A stretch of DNA of 64,000 bases from Gammaproteobacteria bacterium. Lineage in GTDB: Bacteria; Pseudomonadota; Gammaproteobacteria; UBA9214. Of this stretch, positions 23,989-33,704 are shown one piece after another. Below the pieces are notes generated by a model, which saw nothing but the letters and a program-made list of their open reading frames with translations, made no database searches and was not told the DNA's origin. The stretch covers positions 1,277,000 to 1,340,999 of the forward strand of contig CP070821.1 of the NCBI GenBank assembly GCA_020344335.1. Direction: 5' to 3'. Position 1 is the stretch's first letter. The number at the start of each line of letters is the position of its first letter. A program made the translations under genes and the position numbers.

Positions 23989-24573
23989 ATGCTGACTGCA
24001 TTGCTGACACTGGGCCTGCTTGCCGCCTTGATCGGCCTGCTGCTGGGCTATTCCGCGATCCGCTTCCGCGTGGAAAGCGATCCGGTTGTCGAACAAATCG
24101 ATGCCCTGCTGCCGCAAACCCAGTGTGGCCAGTGTACCTATGCAGGCTGTCGTCCCTATGCCGAGGCAATCGCCGCGGGTGAAGCCGATATCAACCAGTG
24201 CCCGCCCGGTGGTGACAGCACAATACAGGCACTGGCGGACCTGCTGGGCCAGGATCCCAAGCCGCTCAACCCGGAACACGGTGAACACAAGGAAAAAACG
24301 GTCGTCGTCATCGATGAACAGGTTTGCATCGGCTGCACCCTCTGCATCCAGGCCTGCCCGGTTGATGCGATCCTGGGTGCCCCCAAGCAGATGCATACCG
24401 TCATCCGGGATGAATGCACGGGCTGTGACCTGTGCATCCCACCCTGCCCCGTGGAGTGCATTCATGTGGTACCCGTTGAAACGAAAATCGACAACTGGAT
24501 ATGGCCGGTACCGCGAGCGGACAGACCGGCGCAATCAACCTCGGTAACAGCACGGGCAGTAGACAGCACATGA
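23989..24573 (+). CDS. rnfB: Rnf complex subunit B (ferredoxin-like)
   Basis: 194 aa; N-terminal TM, CxxCxxxxC cluster and two 4Fe-4S ferredoxin motifs. Confidence 0.9.
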   Translation: MLTALLTLGLLAALIGLLLGYSAIRFRVESDPVVEQIDALLPQTQCGQCTYAGCRPYAEAIAAGEADINQCPPGGDSTIQALADLLGQDPKPLNPEHGEHKEKTVVVIDEQVCIGCTLCIQACPVDAILGAPKQMHTVIRDECTGCDLCIPPCPVECIHVVPVETKIDNWIWPVPRADRPAQSTSVTARAVDST

Positions 24574-26252
24574 TTCAATCCATGGAAACATTCGTCGGCA
24601 CGGGAATGCCTGGTCATTCGCCGGACCTGCACAGCTTTCATGGCGGGCTTAGATTACCGGGCAACCGGGAACGCACTTCCGCTGTCCCGATAAGGCAAGC
24701 AGGTATCCCGCCAATGCTGGTGCTGCCGCTGCTGCAGCACATCGGTGAAGTCGCGGAGTGCCTGGTTACGCCCGGGGAACGGGTACTCAAGGGCCAGATG
24801 ATCGCCGCACCGAGGGGGGATGTCAGTGCACCGGTCCATGCGTCGAGTTCCGGTACGGTCGTTGCTATCGAACCACGCCCGTATCCACATCCCTCGGGGT
24901 TGCCGGCCCCTGCCATCATCATTGAGACCGATGGCAAGGACGAATGGCTGGATTCAGAACACGGCCTGGCGAATTACCACGAAATTGAGGCTGCCCGATT
25001 GCTGGATCACATTCGCCAGTCGGGTATTGTCGGCCTCGGTGGCGCCGGATTTCCCACCCAGGTAAAACTCGGCAGTTCGGTCTATCACAATATCGAGTTG
25101 CTGGTCATCAATGGTGCCGAATGCGAACCCTACCTGTCCTGTGACAACCGCCTGATGCAGGAACGCGCTGCTGAAATACTTGAGGGTGTGCGCATACTGC
25201 AACATTTACTGAAACCGGACAACTGCATTATCGCACTTGAAAACCATATGGGTGCGGCACGGGAAGCGATGCAGGTGGCTGTCGACAACACTGCCGATCG
25301 TGCCATCAATCTTGTGAGTGTCCCGGACATCTATCCGTCCGGTGGTGAACGCCAGCTGATCAGGATACTCACGGGGAAGGAGGTCCCGAGCCAGGGCTTT
25401 CCTGCCGACATCGGTATACTTTGCCAGAATGTCGGGACGGCTACCGCCATCTACCAGGCAGTTGTCCATAACCGGCCATTGGTGTCGCGTATTGTCACCG
25501 TAACCGGTGCCGGTGTGAAACAACCTTGCAACCTTGAGGCCCTGATTGGTACACCGTTCCTCGACATGATCACAGCCTGCGGGGGCTACGCAGATCGTGT
25601 CGACCGGCTGCTGATGGGTGGCCCGATGATGGGTTTTGCGGTCAATACGGACAACGTGCCGGTAATCAAGACGACCAATTGCATACTTGCCGTTACCCGG
25701 GATGAAATGCCCCCGCCACCACCGGAACAACCCTGTATCCGCTGCAGCAAATGTACCGACGTGTGTCCTGCTGACCTGCTGCCGCAACAGCTGTTCTGGC
25801 ATGCACGGAGCGGTAATCTGGATGCTGCACAGGACTATAACCTGTTCGACTGCATCGAATGCGGCTGCTGTGCCTATGTCTGCCCGAGCCATATCCCCCT
25901 GGTGCAGTACTACCGGCACAGCAAGGCGGAAATATGGACGAGGGACAGGCAGAAACAGGCATCCGATATCGCACGCCGCCGGCACGATGCACGCAAGGCG
26001 CGCCTGGAGCGCATAAAGCAGGAACGCGCGGAACGCCTGGCGCGCAAAAAACAGCAGCTTGGAAGCAGTGAGGACACCGCGGAGAATACCCGCAAGGCAG
26101 CGATACAGGCGGCCCTGGAACGCGTTCGCCGGAAAAAGGCCCAGACAGAGATTGCGCCGAAAAATGTTGACAACCTGACAGCAGAACAGCAGCAACGGAT
26201 CCACGAAGTGGATGAACGCCGTCAGCAGTCAGGTAAGGATCCGGAGCAGTAA
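24570..26252 (+). CDS. rnfC: Rnf complex subunit C
   Basis: RnfC body with NADH/FMN-binding GLGGAGFP and 2x CxxCxxCxxxCP, plus a charged repetitive C-terminal tail. ATG at 24570 overlaps the rnfB stop (ATGA). Confidence 0.9.
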   Translation: MIQSMETFVGTGMPGHSPDLHSFHGGLRLPGNRERTSAVPIRQAGIPPMLVLPLLQHIGEVAECLVTPGERVLKGQMIAAPRGDVSAPVHASSSGTVVAIEPRPYPHPSGLPAPAIIIETDGKDEWLDSEHGLANYHEIEAARLLDHIRQSGIVGLGGAGFPTQVKLGSSVYHNIELLVINGAECEPYLSCDNRLMQERAAEILEGVRILQHLLKPDNCIIALENHMGAAREAMQVAVDNTADRAINLVSVPDIYPSGGERQLIRILTGKEVPSQGFPADIGILCQNVGTATAIYQAVVHNRPLVSRIVTVTGAGVKQPCNLEALIGTPFLDMITACGGYADRVDRLLMGGPMMGFAVNTDNVPVIKTTNCILAVTRDEMPPPPPEQPCIRCSKCTDVCPADLLPQQLFWHARSGNLDAAQDYNLFDCIECGCCAYVCPSHIPLVQYYRHSKAEIWTRDRQKQASDIARRRHDARKARLERIKQERAERLARKKQQLGSSEDTAENTRKAAIQAALERVRRKKAQTEIAPKNVDNLTAEQQQRIHEVDERRQQSGKDPEQ

Positions 26253-27280
26253 TGGACTTCGGGAACTACAGTTCGCCTCATTTCCCGGTATCCGGGAGTG
26301 TCGCCACCATGATGCGCCACGTTCTGTTCGCGTTGCTGCCGGGTAGCATTTGCATGACCTGGTTCTTCGGACCCGGGGTCGTGTGCAATCTGGTGCTGGC
26401 TGCCCTGACGGCCATCTGTAGTGAGGCGGGCATGCTATACCTGCGCGGCAAACCGGTCCGCTCGACCCTTGCCGACAGCAGTGCCCTGGTCACCGGGATA
26501 CTGCTCGCGCTGGCCCTCCCGCCGCTCGCACCCTGGTGGATCCCGGTTATCGGGACACTGTTTGCCGTCATCGTGGCAAAACAGCTGTATGGCGGTATTG
26601 GATACAATCCGTTCAATCCGGCAATGGCCGGTTATGTAGTATTGCTGATTTCGTTTCCCCTGGAGTTGACCCTGTGGCCTGCACCACACGCGGGCCTGGG
26701 ACTGTCGGATACGCTCGCACTGGTATTTCTGGACACCCTCCCGGCCGGCATGGACCTGGATACTCTCACCATGGCAACCCCCATGGACAGCGTCAGGACC
26801 CGGCTCGGCCTGGAACAAACCATCCCCATGATGCAGGACGGCGAACTGTTTGGCCTGGTTGGCGCCGGCGGCTGGGAGTGGGTTAACTTCTGGTTCCTCA
26901 TCGGCGGGCTGTGGCTGTTCAAGGCGCGGGTTATCCAGTGGCAGATCCCGGCAAGCATGCTGTGCGCCCTGGCTGGCATGGCACTGGTTTTCTATCTTCT
27001 GGATCCGGAAACACACACCTCCCCCGCCTTTCAACTATTCAGCGGCGCTGCCATGCTGGGTGCTTTTTTTATCGCTACCGATCCGGTATCCGCCAGTACC
27101 ACGCCGACCGGCCGGCTGTTCTACGGCGCCGGTATCGGCATCCTGACCTACATCATCCGCCACTGGGGCGGTTATCCCGAAGGGATTGCGTTCGCAGTGC
27201 TGCTGATGAACATGGCAGCCCCGACCATCGATTACTACACACAACCCCGTGTCTTCGGAAAAAGCGGTGACGAAACTTGA
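26252..27280 (+). CDS. rnfD: Rnf complex subunit D
   Basis: 342 aa polytopic membrane protein of the RnfD/NqrB family; start overlaps the rnfC stop. Confidence 0.9.
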   Translation: MDFGNYSSPHFPVSGSVATMMRHVLFALLPGSICMTWFFGPGVVCNLVLAALTAICSEAGMLYLRGKPVRSTLADSSALVTGILLALALPPLAPWWIPVIGTLFAVIVAKQLYGGIGYNPFNPAMAGYVVLLISFPLELTLWPAPHAGLGLSDTLALVFLDTLPAGMDLDTLTMATPMDSVRTRLGLEQTIPMMQDGELFGLVGAGGWEWVNFWFLIGGLWLFKARVIQWQIPASMLCALAGMALVFYLLDPETHTSPAFQLFSGAAMLGAFFIATDPVSASTTPTGRLFYGAGIGILTYIIRHWGGYPEGIAFAVLLMNMAAPTIDYYTQPRVFGKSGDET

Positions 27281-27915
27281 ATTACCGCACCATCATTATC
27301 ACGGCTGTCATCCTGCTGCTGTTTGCGATAACCGGGACCGCCCTGGTTGCCTTTACCTATGAAAACACCCGCGACAGGATTGCCGCCAACGAGCGCGAGA
27401 CCTTGCTGCGAAAACTGCACGCATTAATTGAACCCGCTCGCCATGACAACAACCTGTTTGAAGATACAATCAGTGTGCGCAATCAGGCACTGTTCGGAAC
27501 TGCCGATCCTGTCGCGATTTACCGGGCTCGCATGGGATCCCGTCCGGTTGCACTGGTGCTGCCTACGGTCGCACCGGATGGTTACAACGGCAAAATCAAG
27601 CTGCTGGTTGGTATCAACTACGAAGGGACACTTGCCGGGGTACGTGTTATTGCCCACAAGGAGACCCCGGGGCTGGGCGACGGCATCGAGATTGAACGTT
27701 CAGACTGGATTTACGGATTTGACGACAAATCACTGGACAACCCGGCGACCAGCCGCTGGCAGGTAAAGAAGGATGGTGGCCACTTTGACCAGCTGACCGG
27801 CGCGACCATCACACCGCGCGCGGTTGTCGGGGCCGTCAGGGAATCCCTGATATACTACCGCGAACTCCGCGACAGCCTGTTCGGCACACCGGAGAACCAG
27901 GATAACCGGCAGTAA
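27277..27915 (+). CDS. rnfG: Rnf complex subunit G (FMN-binding)
   Basis: 212 aa, N-terminal TM anchor and FMN-binding domain of the RnfG/NqrC family. Confidence 0.88.
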   Translation: MNYRTIIITAVILLLFAITGTALVAFTYENTRDRIAANERETLLRKLHALIEPARHDNNLFEDTISVRNQALFGTADPVAIYRARMGSRPVALVLPTVAPDGYNGKIKLLVGINYEGTLAGVRVIAHKETPGLGDGIEIERSDWIYGFDDKSLDNPATSRWQVKKDGGHFDQLTGATITPRAVVGAVRESLIYYRELRDSLFGTPENQDNRQ

Positions 27916-27933
27916 ACCGGGACAGTTACCCGC

Positions 27934-28620
27934 ATGAGTTCACCAGGCTATAAAGAAATCGTCCACCAGGGACTGTGGCACAACAATTCCGGCACGGTAC
28001 AGCTACTTGGCCTCTGCCCGCTGCTTGCAGTCACCACGACTGTCATCAATGGCCTGGGACTGGGGCTGGCTACGACGCTGACGCTGGTTACCTCCAATGT
28101 CATCGTATCGATGATTCGCGGCCTGGTGCGTCCCGAGGTTCGCATCCCGGTTTTCGTACTGATCATCGCCTCTACCGTGACCGTAATCGAACTGGCCATG
28201 AATGCCTGGTTTCATGAACTCTACAGGATACTCGGAATTTTCATACCGCTGATCGTTACCAACTGCGTCATTATCGGACGCGCCGAATCTTTCGCTTCAA
28301 AACAGACAGTCGATCGTGCCCTGCTTGACGGCCTTGCAATGGGGATCGGCTTTACCCTGGTACTGGTCATCCTGGGTGGCATGCGCGAGCTGTTCGGTCA
28401 GGGAACCCTGCTTGCCCAGGCACATCTCATGTTCGGCGAGGCCGGCAAGATGCTGACGCTGACCATCCTGGATGACTACCGTGGCTTTCTGCTGGCGATC
28501 CTGCCACCCGGCGCCTTTATCGGTCTCGGCCTGATAATTGCCGGCATGAACATCATCAATGCCCGCCGCGAACGCACGGCGGCGGGAAAACTGCCGGTCG
28601 TACAACCCTCGAAAGCCTGA
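27934..28620 (+). CDS. rnfE: Rnf complex subunit E
   Basis: 228 aa, RnfE/NqrD family, paralogous to rnfA (LGLCPLLAVTTT). Confidence 0.9.
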   Translation: MSSPGYKEIVHQGLWHNNSGTVQLLGLCPLLAVTTTVINGLGLGLATTLTLVTSNVIVSMIRGLVRPEVRIPVFVLIIASTVTVIELAMNAWFHELYRILGIFIPLIVTNCVIIGRAESFASKQTVDRALLDGLAMGIGFTLVLVILGGMRELFGQGTLLAQAHLMFGEAGKMLTLTILDDYRGFLLAILPPGAFIGLGLIIAGMNIINARRERTAAGKLPVVQPSKA

Positions 28621-28641
28621 CCATACGCGCAGGCCACTGCC

Positions 28642-29277
28642 GTGAATCGCGCCAAGCGACAACAGATTTTCGAGCGCTTTCGCGCCGCCAACCCGTCACC
28701 CACAACGGAACTGCAATACGGCAATCCCTTTCAGTTGCTGGTGGCCGTCATTCTCTCGGCCCAGTCAACCGATGTCGGTGTCAACAAGGCCACTCGCGCT
28801 CTCTTCCGGAAGGTAAAAACACCAAAGGCCATGCTGAATCTGGGTGAGGCAGGTCTCAAGAAACACATAAAGACAATCGGCCTGTTCAACACCAAGGCAA
28901 GCAATATCATCAAGACCTGCAGCATCCTGGTGGAACAGCATAACGGCAAGGTGCCGGAAGACCGTGCCGCCCTCGAGGCCCTGCCCGGTGTCGGCCGGAA
29001 AACCGCCAACGTGGTCCTCAACACGGCATTCGGGCATCCCACCATCGCGGTTGATACGCATATCTTCCGGGTATCCAACCGGACCGGTATCGCGCCAGGG
29101 AAAAACGTGACCGAGGTGGAAAAGCGCCTGTTGCGACTGGTCCCGGAAGAGTTTCTAAAGGATGCGCATCACTGGCTGATCCTGCATGGTCGCTACACCT
29201 GCATCGCGCGCAAACCCCACTGCCAGTCCTGCACCATTGCCGACCTGTGTGAATATAAACACAAGAATATTGAATAG
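28642..29277 (+). CDS. nth: Endonuclease III
   Basis: 211 aa; helix-hairpin-helix region, catalytic Lys/Asp region, C-terminal Cx6CxxCx5C Fe-S cluster; follows the rnf cluster as in E. coli rsx-nth. Confidence 0.93.
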   Translation: MNRAKRQQIFERFRAANPSPTTELQYGNPFQLLVAVILSAQSTDVGVNKATRALFRKVKTPKAMLNLGEAGLKKHIKTIGLFNTKASNIIKTCSILVEQHNGKVPEDRAALEALPGVGRKTANVVLNTAFGHPTIAVDTHIFRVSNRTGIAPGKNVTEVEKRLLRLVPEEFLKDAHHWLILHGRYTCIARKPHCQSCTIADLCEYKHKNIE

Positions 29278-29280
29278 ATA

Positions 29281-29294
29281 TATGTAGTTACATA
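29281..29294. promoter_or_regulatory. Perfect 6-2-6 palindrome TATGTAgtTACATA in an AT-rich leader upstream of the RiPP-precursor gene
   Basis: Read directly from the sequence. It lies in a roughly 200-bp region (29278..29480) of much lower GC than its flanks, about 200 bp upstream of the precursor start. Candidate operator; no regulator identified. Confidence 0.3.
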
Positions 29295-29495
29295 ATAACT
29301 CCCTCTATCCGTATATGCTATATTTCGCGTCTGTAAATTAATGAGAATGCAAATCACTCTGCTTTATCACCTGAAAACCAGAAACTTTCTGATAGCGCCA
29401 ATGTCGTAGTCACTGGAAATAGCACAAGGTCGTGGCAAACGACCACAAACCGGGGCATCGCCCCTTTCCCAACAAACTGTATGGAGATTAAACAG

Positions 29496-29813
29496 ATGTC
29501 AGACAAACCCACAATGAAACCCCTGGCGCTGGCTGCCGGTGCCGTTTTCGTAACTTCACTGGCAAGCACAACGGCCATCAATGCGGCAGAGAACCCGTTT
29601 GCCATGTCCGAACTTTCTAGCGGCTACATGGTTGCCGAAGCCGCCGAAGGCATGAAGAAGGAAGGCGAAGGCAAGTGCGGTGAAGGCAAGTGCGGCGGCG
29701 AAAAGAAGGCCACTGAAGAAGGCAAGTGTGGTGAAGGCAAATGTGGCGGTGAAAAGAAGGCCACTGAAGAAGGCAAGTGTGGTGAAGGCAAGTGCGGCGG
29801 TGAAAAGAAGTAA
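29496..29813 (+). CDS. Bufferin-type (BufA-like) RiPP precursor: Sec signal peptide plus 3x EGKCGEGKCGGEKKATE Cys repeats
   Basis: ATG 29496 is preceded by GGAG at about -10 (track ORF starts at 29481). Predicted signal peptide MSDKPTMKPLALAAGAVFVTSLASTTAINA|AENPF, then three 17-aa repeats carrying 6 Cys, each Cys followed by Gly. Immediately upstream of DUF692/DUF2063/DoxX genes. Confidence 0.75.
   Translation: MSDKPTMKPLALAAGAVFVTSLASTTAINAAENPFAMSELSSGYMVAEAAEGMKKEGEGKCGEGKCGGEKKATEEGKCGEGKCGGEKKATEEGKCGEGKCGGEKK
29667..29810 (+). repeat. Tandem repeat, 51-nt unit x about 2.8 copies, encoding the Cys-repeat core of the precursor
   Basis: Units 29667..29717, 29718..29768, 29769..29810 are near-identical, with only a few synonymous differences (tgc/tgt, ggc/ggt, aag/aaa). 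Confidence 0.9.
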
Positions 29814-29831
29814 TCGGCACCCGAGCTTGTT

Positions 29832-30698
29832 GTGAGCAGTAAAAGCTATCCCGTGAAGGGAACCGGACTTGGACTGCGGCGGACCCTGATGGGTCCGCTG
29901 CAGGACAATCCGTCAGCAGAAATCGATTTTCTGGAGGTTGCCCCTGAAAACTGGATCGGTGTCGGCGGCAAGCTCGGCAGGGAGTTTCGCAAATTTACCG
30001 AGCAGTATCCGTTTACCGGTCATGGTTTGTCACTGTCTATCGGCAGTCCCTCACCCCTGGACGAGACGTTCCTGTATCGCCTGAAGCGATTTCTTGATGA
30101 GCATGATTTTCGTTACTACACAGAGCACCTGAGCTATTGCAGCGATGATGGTCATCTCTATGATCTGCTGCCGATCCCGTTTACCGAGGAGGCTGTTCAT
30201 TACGTGGCTTCCCGAATTCGCCGGGTACAGGATATCCTCGAGCGACGCATTGGCATGGAAAATGTGTCGTATTACGCGGCGCCGGGCAAGGAAATGGATG
30301 AAATTGACTTCATCAATGCAGTCCTGGAAGAAGCCGACTGCGACCTGCTGCTGGATGTCAACAATATCTATGTCAACAGCATCAACCACCACTATGATGC
30401 CGAAGCGTTTCTCAGGAAGCTGCCGGCAGAGCGCGTCGTCTACTTCCACATGGCGGGCCACTTTGACGAGGCAGAGGATTTGAAGGTCGACACCCATGGT
30501 GCGCCGGTCATCGCGCCCGTCTGGGACCTGCTGGAAAAGGCCTATGACCATTGCGGTGTGGTGCCGACCCTGCTGGAGCGCGACTTCAATATCCCCCCGC
30601 TCCCCGAATTGCTGTCAGAAATCAGCCATATCAAGGCCCTGCAATCGAAATCGGGCAGGGATAGCGGCAGTGACAATGGCATCGCACTCCAGAACTGA
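29832..30698 (+). CDS. DUF692/MbnB-like MNIO enzyme (BufB-like RiPP modification enzyme)
   Basis: 288 aa TIM-barrel family protein; N-terminal [12 protein letters not shown] resembles the DUF692 GxGLRxxH region, conserved His/Asp/Glu ligand-rich positions; 18 nt after the precursor stop. Confidence 0.85.
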   Translation: MSSKSYPVKGTGLGLRRTLMGPLQDNPSAEIDFLEVAPENWIGVGGKLGREFRKFTEQYPFTGHGLSLSIGSPSPLDETFLYRLKRFLDEHDFRYYTEHLSYCSDDGHLYDLLPIPFTEEAVHYVASRIRRVQDILERRIGMENVSYYAAPGKEMDEIDFINAVLEEADCDLLLDVNNIYVNSINHHYDAEAFLRKLPAERVVYFHMAGHFDEAEDLKVDTHGAPVIAPVWDLLEKAYDHCGVVPTLLERDFNIPPLPELLSEISHIKALQSKSGRDSGSDNGIALQN

Positions 30699-31458
30699 GC
30701 AGCCGGATTTCATTCGTCGGCAATACGAATTTGCCGCCCATATCCGTGACCCTGATAACCAGCCCGCACCGGAGGATATTGAAGACCGGCGCATGGGTAT
30801 CTACCGTGAACTGTTCTTCAATAATGTGGAGAGCTTTATCGCCGGAACCTTTCCGGTCCTGCGGAAAATTCTGGATGACAAGACCTGGCATGCACTGATC
30901 CGGGATTATTTCTCCCGGCACAAGTCGCGCACCCCGCTGTTTCTGGAAATGCCGCGGGAATTTCTCACCTGGCTGGAGAGCGAACGCGACAAACAGGACG
31001 GGGACCTTCCCTTCCTCAGGGAACTGGCCCACTACGAGTGGGTGGAACTGGCCTTGTCGATTGCCGAGGAATCGCTCGATGGGCCCGCAATCGACGGCAA
31101 CGGCGACCTGATGAAGGGTATTCCCGTGCTGTCACCGCTGGCATGGCACCTCGCCTACAACTACCCGGTGCACCGCATCGGCCCGGACTTCCTGCCAGAC
31201 AGCCCGGGCGACAGCCCGACCTTCCTTGTGGTGTATCGTGATCGTGACAATGAAGTCGGGTTTCTCGAGATCAACCCGGTAACCAAGCGCCTGCTGGAAC
31301 TGGTTGACGAGGATTCAGGTGAAACGGGTGAAGCGCTATTGTCCCGCATCGCCCGCGAACTGAATCATCCGGACCCCGGGGTTGTCATCAAGGGCGGTGA
31401 AGAGATACTGAGAAACATGAAACAAAAGGACATCATTCTCGGAACAAGGCAACCGTAA
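30676..31458 (+). CDS. DUF2063-family partner protein (BufC/MbnC-like)
   Basis: About 260 aa starting [26 protein letters not shown]...; overlaps the DUF692 gene by 23 nt (translational coupling); DUF2063 is the usual partner of DUF692 enzymes. Confidence 0.8.
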   Translation: MASHSRTEQPDFIRRQYEFAAHIRDPDNQPAPEDIEDRRMGIYRELFFNNVESFIAGTFPVLRKILDDKTWHALIRDYFSRHKSRTPLFLEMPREFLTWLESERDKQDGDLPFLRELAHYEWVELALSIAEESLDGPAIDGNGDLMKGIPVLSPLAWHLAYNYPVHRIGPDFLPDSPGDSPTFLVVYRDRDNEVGFLEINPVTKRLLELVDEDSGETGEALLSRIARELNHPDPGVVIKGGEEILRNMKQKDIILGTRQP

Positions 31459-31502
31459 ACCCGTCAAACTTCAATCAATAACGCATAACCGGGAGGGGCA
31501 CC

Positions 31503-32108
31503 ATGACTGGTTTTCTGAACTGCATGCAGGGTTTGCTTGACCGCACAAGGGCGCTCGATTTTCTTGGGCCACTTGCACTGCGAATCTACCTCGCACCCAT
31601 CTTCATCATGGCCGGCTCCAACAAGCTGGCCCATGCCGAGTACCTCGGACCCTACTTTGAATCACTCGGTATCCCTGCACCGCAATTAATGGTCTATGTT
31701 GCCGGACTGACCGAGCTGGTTGGCGGATTCGCCCTGCTTGCAGGACTGGCGGTGCGCTGGATGGCAGCGCCACTGATGTTCACCATGATCATTGCTGCGA
31801 CCACTGCACACTGGGAAAACGGCTGGCACGCCCTGCCGGAGACGGAGCTGACCATGCCCTGGGAATGGCGCACCGATCTCATCGAGGAAGGTACCACACG
31901 CAAGGAAAAGGCCCGGGAAATACTCAGGGAACACGGCAACTATGGCTGGCTGACCGAGGCCGGCAGTATCACCATACTGAAAAACGGCATCGAGTTTGCA
32001 GCCACCTATTTCATCATGCTGCTGGCCCTGTTCTTCACGGGGGCCGGAAAATACCTGAGTTTCGACTACTGGATCGCCCGCAAGTGGCGGCAGGAAGCAA
32101 CCTGTTGA
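31503..32108 (+). CDS. DoxX-family membrane protein (BufD-like)
   Basis: 201 aa, four TM helices, DoxX motif LALRIYLAPIFIMAGSNKL; fourth gene of the cassette. Confidence 0.85.
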   Translation: MTGFLNCMQGLLDRTRALDFLGPLALRIYLAPIFIMAGSNKLAHAEYLGPYFESLGIPAPQLMVYVAGLTELVGGFALLAGLAVRWMAAPLMFTMIIAATTAHWENGWHALPETELTMPWEWRTDLIEEGTTRKEKAREILREHGNYGWLTEAGSITILKNGIEFAATYFIMLLALFFTGAGKYLSFDYWIARKWRQEATC

Positions 32109-32160
32109 CCTGATTGACCCCGATACAAGCAACCGGGGAAACCTAGAGGAGCCGGGGAAG

Positions 32161-33690
32161 ATGATATCCGCCGAATCATTTCCCGTAATATCCACCACCG
32201 TACAGGTGATGGCCGCCCTGTTTGTGTTCCTTGTCGGAGTGGGAGTACTGGTCGCCATCATCCTGTTTGTCATTGACGTGACCCAGACGAAAAGCGCCAT
32301 CCGGCGCAATTACCCGGTCGTGGGCCGGTTTCGTTATTTCTTTGAGCACTTGGGTGAGTTTTTCCGTCAGTACTTCTTTGCCATGGACCGGGAAGAGCTG
32401 CCGTTCAACCGGGCCCAGCGTTCCTGGGCCTACCGGGCATCGAAAAATATCGATAACACCGTTGCTTTCGGCTCCACCCGCGACCTGCGCCCGACCGGTA
32501 CTGTATTGTTCGTGAACTGTCCCTTCCCCACGCTGGGTCAGGACGCCGTACCGGCAAGCGCTATCACCATCGGCCCGTACTGCAGGCAACCCTACACGAC
32601 CAGCTCCCTGTTCAATATATCCGGCATGAGTTATGGCGCGATTTCCAGGCCAGCGGTGCTCGCCCTCTCGAACGGGGCACGGGAAGCCGGCTGCTGGATG
32701 AATACCGGGGAAGGTGGACTGTCCCCCTACCACCTCGAGGGTGCTGCCGATATCGTGTTCCAGATCGGCACGGCGAAAAACGGTGTGCGTGACCTGGAGG
32801 GCAATCTGAATGACGACAGGATCCGCGAAGTGGCTGCACATGAAACTGTCAGGATGTTCGAAATCAAGATGAGCCAGGGCGCCAAGCCCGGCAAGGGCGG
32901 CATCCTGCCCGGCGGCAAGGTGACGGAGGAAATTGCCGGCATCCGCGGCATCCCTCCCGGCAGTGACGCCATCAGCCCGAATCGACACATCGATATCAAT
33001 TCGAACAGCGACCTGCTCGACATGATCCGGCGAGTGCGCGAGGTCTCCGGAAAACCAACCGGTTTCAAGACGGTAATCGGCGCCTATGGCTGGCTGGACG
33101 AGCTGTTCACCGAGATCAACAGGCGCGGCATCGAGACGGCACCTGACTTCATCACGGTCGATGGCGCCGATGGAGGTACCGGAGCAGCACCGATGCCACT
33201 GATCGACGATGTCGGCCTGCCGTTACGCGAAAGCCTGCCGTTGCTGGTCGACAAGCTGAATGAGCATGGCCTGCGCGAGCGCGTCAGGGTCATTGCATCA
33301 GGAAAGCTGATTACCCCGGCTGATGTGGCCTGGGCACTGTGTCTGGGGACCGATTTCGTCGTGTCTGCCAGGGGTTTCATGTTTGCACTCGGATGTATCC
33401 AGGCTCTGCAGTGCAACAAGAACACCTGTCCGACCGGCATCACGACGCACAACAAACGACTCCAGAAAGGCCTCGACCCGCAAGACAAGGCCGTCAGGGT
33501 AGCGAACTATGCGAAAAACATCGTCTACGAAGTCGGGATAATCGCCCATTCCTGCGGGGTCCGGGAACCACGCCAGCTACAGCGTTTCCATGCGCGGGTA
33601 GTGACCGACAACGGACTGTCCGTTGCCCTGAACGACCTGCATCCGGACGTTACCGGGCCGGAGAATGGCAACAGTGCGGCCGGCGCATGA
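32161..33690 (+). CDS. FMN-binding glutamate synthase family protein (GltB FMN-domain-like, membrane anchored)
   Basis: 509 aa; N-terminal TM helix, then a glutamate synthase FMN/Fe-S domain-2-like region (GEGG, DGADGGTGAAP, CxxxC...C). Confidence 0.8.
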   Translation: MISAESFPVISTTVQVMAALFVFLVGVGVLVAIILFVIDVTQTKSAIRRNYPVVGRFRYFFEHLGEFFRQYFFAMDREELPFNRAQRSWAYRASKNIDNTVAFGSTRDLRPTGTVLFVNCPFPTLGQDAVPASAITIGPYCRQPYTTSSLFNISGMSYGAISRPAVLALSNGAREAGCWMNTGEGGLSPYHLEGAADIVFQIGTAKNGVRDLEGNLNDDRIREVAAHETVRMFEIKMSQGAKPGKGGILPGGKVTEEIAGIRGIPPGSDAISPNRHIDINSNSDLLDMIRRVREVSGKPTGFKTVIGAYGWLDELFTEINRRGIETAPDFITVDGADGGTGAAPMPLIDDVGLPLRESLPLLVDKLNEHGLRERVRVIASGKLITPADVAWALCLGTDFVVSARGFMFALGCIQALQCNKNTCPTGITTHNKRLQKGLDPQDKAVRVANYAKNIVYEVGIIAHSCGVREPRQLQRFHARVVTDNGLSVALNDLHPDVTGPENGNSAAGA

Positions 33691-33704
33691 CCGCCTGAGC
33701 CGCG

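Noticed and set aside
29617-29820. Minus-strand 67-aa Cys/His-rich repetitive ORF (CLHHTCLLQWPSF repeats) opposite the precursor gene.
   Set aside because: A mirror artefact of the 51-nt tandem repeat. The plus-strand ORF has the signal peptide, a Shine-Dalgarno and the downstream MNIO partner.
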